Shown here: positions 60,731 to 64,000 of the stretch, piece after piece | Layout of the letters: every line of letters starts with the position of its first letter | Position numbering within the stretch: position 1 is the stretch's first letter | Translations under genes and position numbers: made by a program | Assembly (NCBI GenBank): GCA_050015515.1 | Contig: JBEKBG010000003.1 | Span: 6,871-70,870 of the forward strand | Length of the DNA: 64,000 nt | Direction of reading: 5' to 3' | Origin: Minisyncoccia bacterium | GTDB lineage: Bacteria; Patescibacteriota; Minisyncoccia; UBA6257; 2-01-FULL-56-20 | The notes under the pieces: generated by a model | Database searches by the model: none | The model's input: only the letters and a program-made list of their open reading frames with translations | What the model was told of the DNA's origin: nothing

Positions 60731-61840
60731 ATGAAAGATTATTATTCAATTTTAGGAGTGCAAAAAACCGCCTCGGAAGAGGAGGTCAAAAAGGCGTATC
60801 GCAAGCTTGCGCACCAGCATCATCCCGATAAGGCCGGCGGCAACGAAGCGAAGTTCAAGGAGATCAACGAGGCGTATCAGATATTGTCGGACAAGAGCAA
60901 GCGCGCGCAGTACGATCGTTTTGGCACGGCGGATCCGATGGGTGGGTTTGGCGGTGGCGGCGCGCCGGGCGCGGGCGGCGCGCAATGGAGTGGTGGATTT
61001 CCGGGCGGCGGCTTCGGCGGTTTTGATCCGTCGCAATTCGGCGACCTCGGCGACATTTTTGAAACATTCTTTGGCGGAGGGATGGGTGGCGCGTCGCGGC
61101 GCAAGACGTATGAATCGGGATCCGATCTGGAGATGCATGAACAGATCACGTTGGAAGAAGCTTTTTCCGGAACGGTAAAAACGGTGCGGTTGAAGACGTT
61201 CGTCCAATGCGTGAAGTGCAGTGGAAAAGGCGCGGAGCCGGGCAGCGGTTTTGAAAAATGTTCCACGTGCGACGGGCAGGGTCAGGTGCGCGAACAGCGC
61301 CGGACGATGTTCGGCAATTTTTCGCAGGTCAAGGCGTGCGCAAAATGTCATGGCACGGGCGAAGTGCCAAAGAAGCCGTGTGGCGTGTGCCGCGGCGCGG
61401 GGCGCATGATGGCGGATCGCGAGATCAAGATCGACATCGTGGCGGGCATTGATGACAACCAACTTATCAAAGTGAAGGGGATGGGCGAGGCGGGTGAGCG
61501 TGGCACGACCGCGGGCGATCTCTACGTGCGCGTGCGCGTGCGGCCGAGTGCGGTGTTCACGCGGCACGGCGCCGATCTCGTCGTCACGAAAGAGCTCAAG
61601 CTCGTTGACGTGCTCCTTGGCAAAGCGATCGCGGTGCCGGTGGTTTCCGGCGGCACGATCACGGTGGAGATCCCCGCCGGGTTCAATCTTAAGGAACATT
61701 TAAGGATCACTGGCCAAGGTATGCCGCATATCGGTTCGCGCGCGCGCGGCGATCTTTTGGTGAATTTTATTATCAAAGCGCCGAAAAAGCCGGGGGCGAC
61801 GGCAAAAGAACTTCTTGAAAAATTAGAGAAAGAGCAGTAG
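60731..61840 (+). CDS. dnaJ: molecular chaperone DnaJ
   Basis: J-domain HPD motif, G/F-rich region, four CxxCxGxG zinc-finger repeats, C-terminal domains. Confidence 0.95.
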   Translation: MKDYYSILGVQKTASEEEVKKAYRKLAHQHHPDKAGGNEAKFKEINEAYQILSDKSKRAQYDRFGTADPMGGFGGGGAPGAGGAQWSGGFPGGGFGGFDPSQFGDLGDIFETFFGGGMGGASRRKTYESGSDLEMHEQITLEEAFSGTVKTVRLKTFVQCVKCSGKGAEPGSGFEKCSTCDGQGQVREQRRTMFGNFSQVKACAKCHGTGEVPKKPCGVCRGAGRMMADREIKIDIVAGIDDNQLIKVKGMGEAGERGTTAGDLYVRVRVRPSAVFTRHGADLVVTKELKLVDVLLGKAIAVPVVSGGTITVEIPAGFNLKEHLRITGQGMPHIGSRARGDLLVNFIIKAPKKPGATAKELLEKLEKEQ

Positions 61841-61847
61841 CATTTTT

Positions 61848-62258
61848 ATGGAGCGTGGCATTGTCATTTCCGCCGATAAAAATTTCGTAAAGGCCGCCGA
61901 GGCGGCGGCGCTGTACATCGAGCTCGGTTGGGGGACCGCGAAAGAATATTCCACCGCGCGGATGCGGCGCTCGCTCGCGCATTGCGACATCGTCGTCTCC
62001 GCGCGGAATAGCGCGGGTGAGCTCGTTGGCATCGGGCGTGCGTTGAGTGACTTTGCGATCGATACAAAGATCCTCGATCTTATCATCGCGCCGGAATATC
62101 AGCGCCAGGGTTTGGGCCGGGCGATGATGAAAAAGATCGCGGCCGCCGCGCGGGGCACATCCATCTATTTTGAGACCGAGCGGAAGAATTTCGCTTTTGC
62201 CGCAAAATGCGGATATACAAAGCGCAACGGGTTGACGGTGTTCAGGAAGAAGGCATAG
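61848..62258 (+). CDS. GNAT family N-acetyltransferase
   Basis: acetyl-CoA binding motif A (QRQGLGRAMM). Confidence 0.8.
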   Translation: MERGIVISADKNFVKAAEAAALYIELGWGTAKEYSTARMRRSLAHCDIVVSARNSAGELVGIGRALSDFAIDTKILDLIIAPEYQRQGLGRAMMKKIAAAARGTSIYFETERKNFAFAAKCGYTKRNGLTVFRKKA

Positions 62259-62311
62259 AATACGTGCGGGGCGGTATAGTTAATCAATTAAGAGTTACGA
62301 AGGAGAAATCT

Positions 62312-62680
62312 ATGCCTCAGAAGACCATCTTTATCGGACATCCTATCGGCGGCGACATACAGGCCAACGTCAAGAAGGTTCTTAAGATATGCGCGGAGCT
62401 GCATACCAAGGGAATCATCCCCGTTGCTCCCTACCTCGTGTCGCTTCAGTATTTGAACGATGAAGTTGCTGAAGATCGCGAACTTGGGATGGAGGCGAAC
62501 CACGAATGTTTCCGTCGCCATTATATTGATGAACTTTGGCTTTTCGGCGAGCGTATCTCAAGTGGCATGAGGAAGGAGGTTCTTCTCGCAAAAGAGATGG
62601 ACATCCCCGTCATTCCGAAGACCGAGGGGACAAAGCGCGATTTGGAAGAATTAGAAACCGAACTTATCCGCCAGAAGTGA
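62312..62680 (+). CDS. DUF4406-like protein (nucleoside 2-deoxyribosyltransferase-like Rossmann superfamily)
   Basis: N-terminal TIFIGHPIGG and C-terminal ELWLFGERISSGMRKEVLLAKEMDIPVI match the DUF4406 pattern; AGGAG RBS 6 nt upstream of ATG 62312. Confidence 0.6.
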   Translation: MPQKTIFIGHPIGGDIQANVKKVLKICAELHTKGIIPVAPYLVSLQYLNDEVAEDRELGMEANHECFRRHYIDELWLFGERISSGMRKEVLLAKEMDIPVIPKTEGTKRDLEELETELIRQK

Positions 62681-62711
62681 TTGGCGGATTTTTTATCCCG
62701 CCCTGGCACGG

Positions 62712-62740
62712 TTGAAATATCGGACCGTTTTCACTATCAT
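62712..62740 (+). promoter_or_regulatory. sigma70-like promoter for tRNA-Lys
   Basis: TTGAAA-N17-TATCAT, 11 nt upstream of tRNA 5' end. Confidence 0.4.
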
Positions 62741-62751
62741 TAGCAGGAATT

Positions 62752-62828
62752 GCCCCTATAGCTCAGTCCGGTAGAGCAGCTCCCTTTTAAGGAGATGGTC
62801 CCAGGTTCAAATCCTGGTGGGGGCACCA
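62752..62828 (+). tRNA. tRNA-Lys (anticodon TTT), CCA encoded
   Basis: acceptor GCCCCTA/TGGGGGC, anticodon loop CTTTTAA, T-arm CCAGG-TTCAAAT-CCTGG. Confidence 0.9.
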
Positions 62829-62838
62829 AAGATTGGGA

Positions 62839-63408
62839 TCAAAGTAGGATCTCTTTATCTGCTTTCTGAAAAAGTAGATAGATGAATTTTTTATCCTCTT
62901 CAGAATTAAAAACCTTAAGTCCTAAGCGAAAAGCTTCCTCCAATAACCCATCGCGAACCTTTTTGGCATCCTTTTTTGTTTTTGCTGGACGTTCCGCTTC
63001 GTAAAAGAAATAATTTTTCGGTGCGCGTACTAAAGACCATTCCACACCCTGATAGGTATATACATCGCTTGAACGCTTTATCTGCAACGCTTTATCAATC
63101 CCGACCGCCTTCACGACTTTTTTCGCTGTTTCCAGATTATTATCTTTTAATGCAAGGGAGATCTCCTCCCGCGCTTCATTATTCTTAGAGACCTTCTTTT
63201 TTACCATAATCTCGCAGGTGCCATTGGTGTTTCGTAAACGAATATCAACCGTCCGCTCAAGCGGATCATGGGCATATCCCGGATGGCCGTAAAGAAAAAA
63301 TGCCTCTCGGTCCGTGTGTCCCATGAACTTTCCGCGCTTGGCAAGGAAGCGGCGCAGGTGTTCATATGCCTGCTTGTCGAGCGACCCTCTGATTTCAACC
63401 TCAATCAT
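62839..63408 (-). CDS. CYTH-domain protein (class IV adenylyl cyclase / triphosphate tunnel metalloenzyme-like)
   Basis: N-terminal EVEIR (ExExK-like) motif and alternating basic/acidic beta-strand pattern typical of the CYTH tunnel. Confidence 0.5.
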   Translation of the reverse strand: MIEVEIRGSLDKQAYEHLRRFLAKRGKFMGHTDREAFFLYGHPGYAHDPLERTVDIRLRNTNGTCEIMVKKKVSKNNEAREEISLALKDNNLETAKKVVKAVGIDKALQIKRSSDVYTYQGVEWSLVRAPKNYFFYEAERPAKTKKDAKKVRDGLLEEAFRLGLKVFNSEEDKKFIYLLFQKADKEILL

Positions 63409-63475
63409 TTTTCTTTATTTTATCACATACCGTCTTTATTTGTATTTCCATTGGATTGGTGCGACAATATTTTTT

Positions 63476-63904
63476 ATGAGAATCTACGTACTCGGCAGCA
63501 GCTCATTCAAGGAAGAGATGGTGAGGACGACGAATAAACTTAAGGAACTTGGATACAATGCTTGGATCCATCCGGATTACGAAGCTTTTGTGCGCGGAGA
63601 GAAGAAGGATATTATAGAGCGATGGCATAATGGGGAACACGCGGCCATTAAGCGGGAAAATAAATATCTTGAGCAGCATTACCGGGGAATTTTGGAAAGC
63701 GACGCGGTGCTTTTCGTCAATGCGGAAAAAAATGGAATAAAAAATTATATTGGCGGAAATGTTTTGATCGAAATGGGGCAGGCATATGTGAACAATAAAA
63801 AGATATTCTTCCTGTACGACATGCCGAGCCAGCTTCCGTATATGGATGAGATCGAGGCCATGGATCCGATTTGCCTGAACGGGGATCTTGCCGCCATCGC
63901 TTAA
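63476..63904 (+). CDS. nucleoside 2-deoxyribosyltransferase-like protein
   Basis: MRIYVLGSSSF N-terminus and IGGNVLIEMGQAYVNNKKIFFLY resembling the NDT active-site region; the ORF-track start at 63314 is an unlikely extension. Confidence 0.55.
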   Translation: MRIYVLGSSSFKEEMVRTTNKLKELGYNAWIHPDYEAFVRGEKKDIIERWHNGEHAAIKRENKYLEQHYRGILESDAVLFVNAEKNGIKNYIGGNVLIEMGQAYVNNKKIFFLYDMPSQLPYMDEIEAMDPICLNGDLAAIA

Positions 63905-63905
63905 T

Positions 63906-64000
63906 ATGAAAAAGAAAAAGATAATCACCATCTGCTCGAGCGCTGCGTTTTTTAAACAGGCGTTGGAAGTCGAGAAACAGCTTACCGCGATGGGCTATGC
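63906..64000 (+). CDS. second nucleoside 2-deoxyribosyltransferase-like paralog, 3'-partial at window edge
   Basis: MKKKKIITICSSAAFFKQALEVEKQLTAMGY parallels the N-terminus of the preceding gene. Confidence 0.4.
   Translation, partial: MKKKKIITICSSAAFFKQALEVEKQLTAMGY

Noticed and set aside
62702-62716. Sigma54-type promoter (TGGCAC) upstream of tRNA-Lys
   Set aside because: TGGCACGGTTGAAAT lacks the TTGC(A/T) -12 element at the right spacing. A sigma70 TTGAAA-N17-TATCAT fits better.

Overview
High-GC (about 60% by eye, not computed) bacterial chromosomal segment. The gene content fits a small-genome Patescibacteria/CPR-like organism (inference from the type IV pilin-LamG fusion, Gmad2, LTD-like and CAP-domain surface proteins). 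Core content: aminoacyl-tRNA synthetases (metG, leuS, cysS), an F1Fo ATP synthase operon (atpBEFHAG...DC), prfB with its programmed +1 frameshift, ftsEX, a uvrB-uvrA-uvrC cluster, the hrcA-grpE-dnaK-dnaJ heat-shock operon with a CIRCE-like operator, dnaB, recR, guaA, ychF, six tRNA genes and many hypothetical surface proteins. Notable accessory or unusual content follows. (1) A ~2.4 kb AT-rich island splits the atp operon between atpG and atpD; it carries a secreted hypothetical protein, a ~275-nt candidate structured RNA closed by a 21-bp long-range helix, and an orphan MazF/PemK-like toxin. (2) A 72-nt highly structured core sequence is present twice (23479-23550 and 52506-52577). Both copies lie in the same orientation immediately 3' of a gene stop (atpG, dnaB), and each sits in the loop of a long copy-specific hairpin. 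(3) An AT-rich HNH endonuclease gene sits inside a five-tRNA cluster. (4) Intergenic hairpins with 21-38 bp stems, perfect or with 1-2 mismatches, act as apparent terminators throughout; one is a 160-nt triple-nested palindrome. (5) Three nucleoside 2-deoxyribosyltransferase-superfamily genes plus a CYTH-domain gene flank a tRNA-Lys at the right end. (6) Several small unannotated ORFs are present, including a zinc-ribbon ORF between grpE and dnaK. No CRISPR array, rRNA or obvious IS/transposase was seen.
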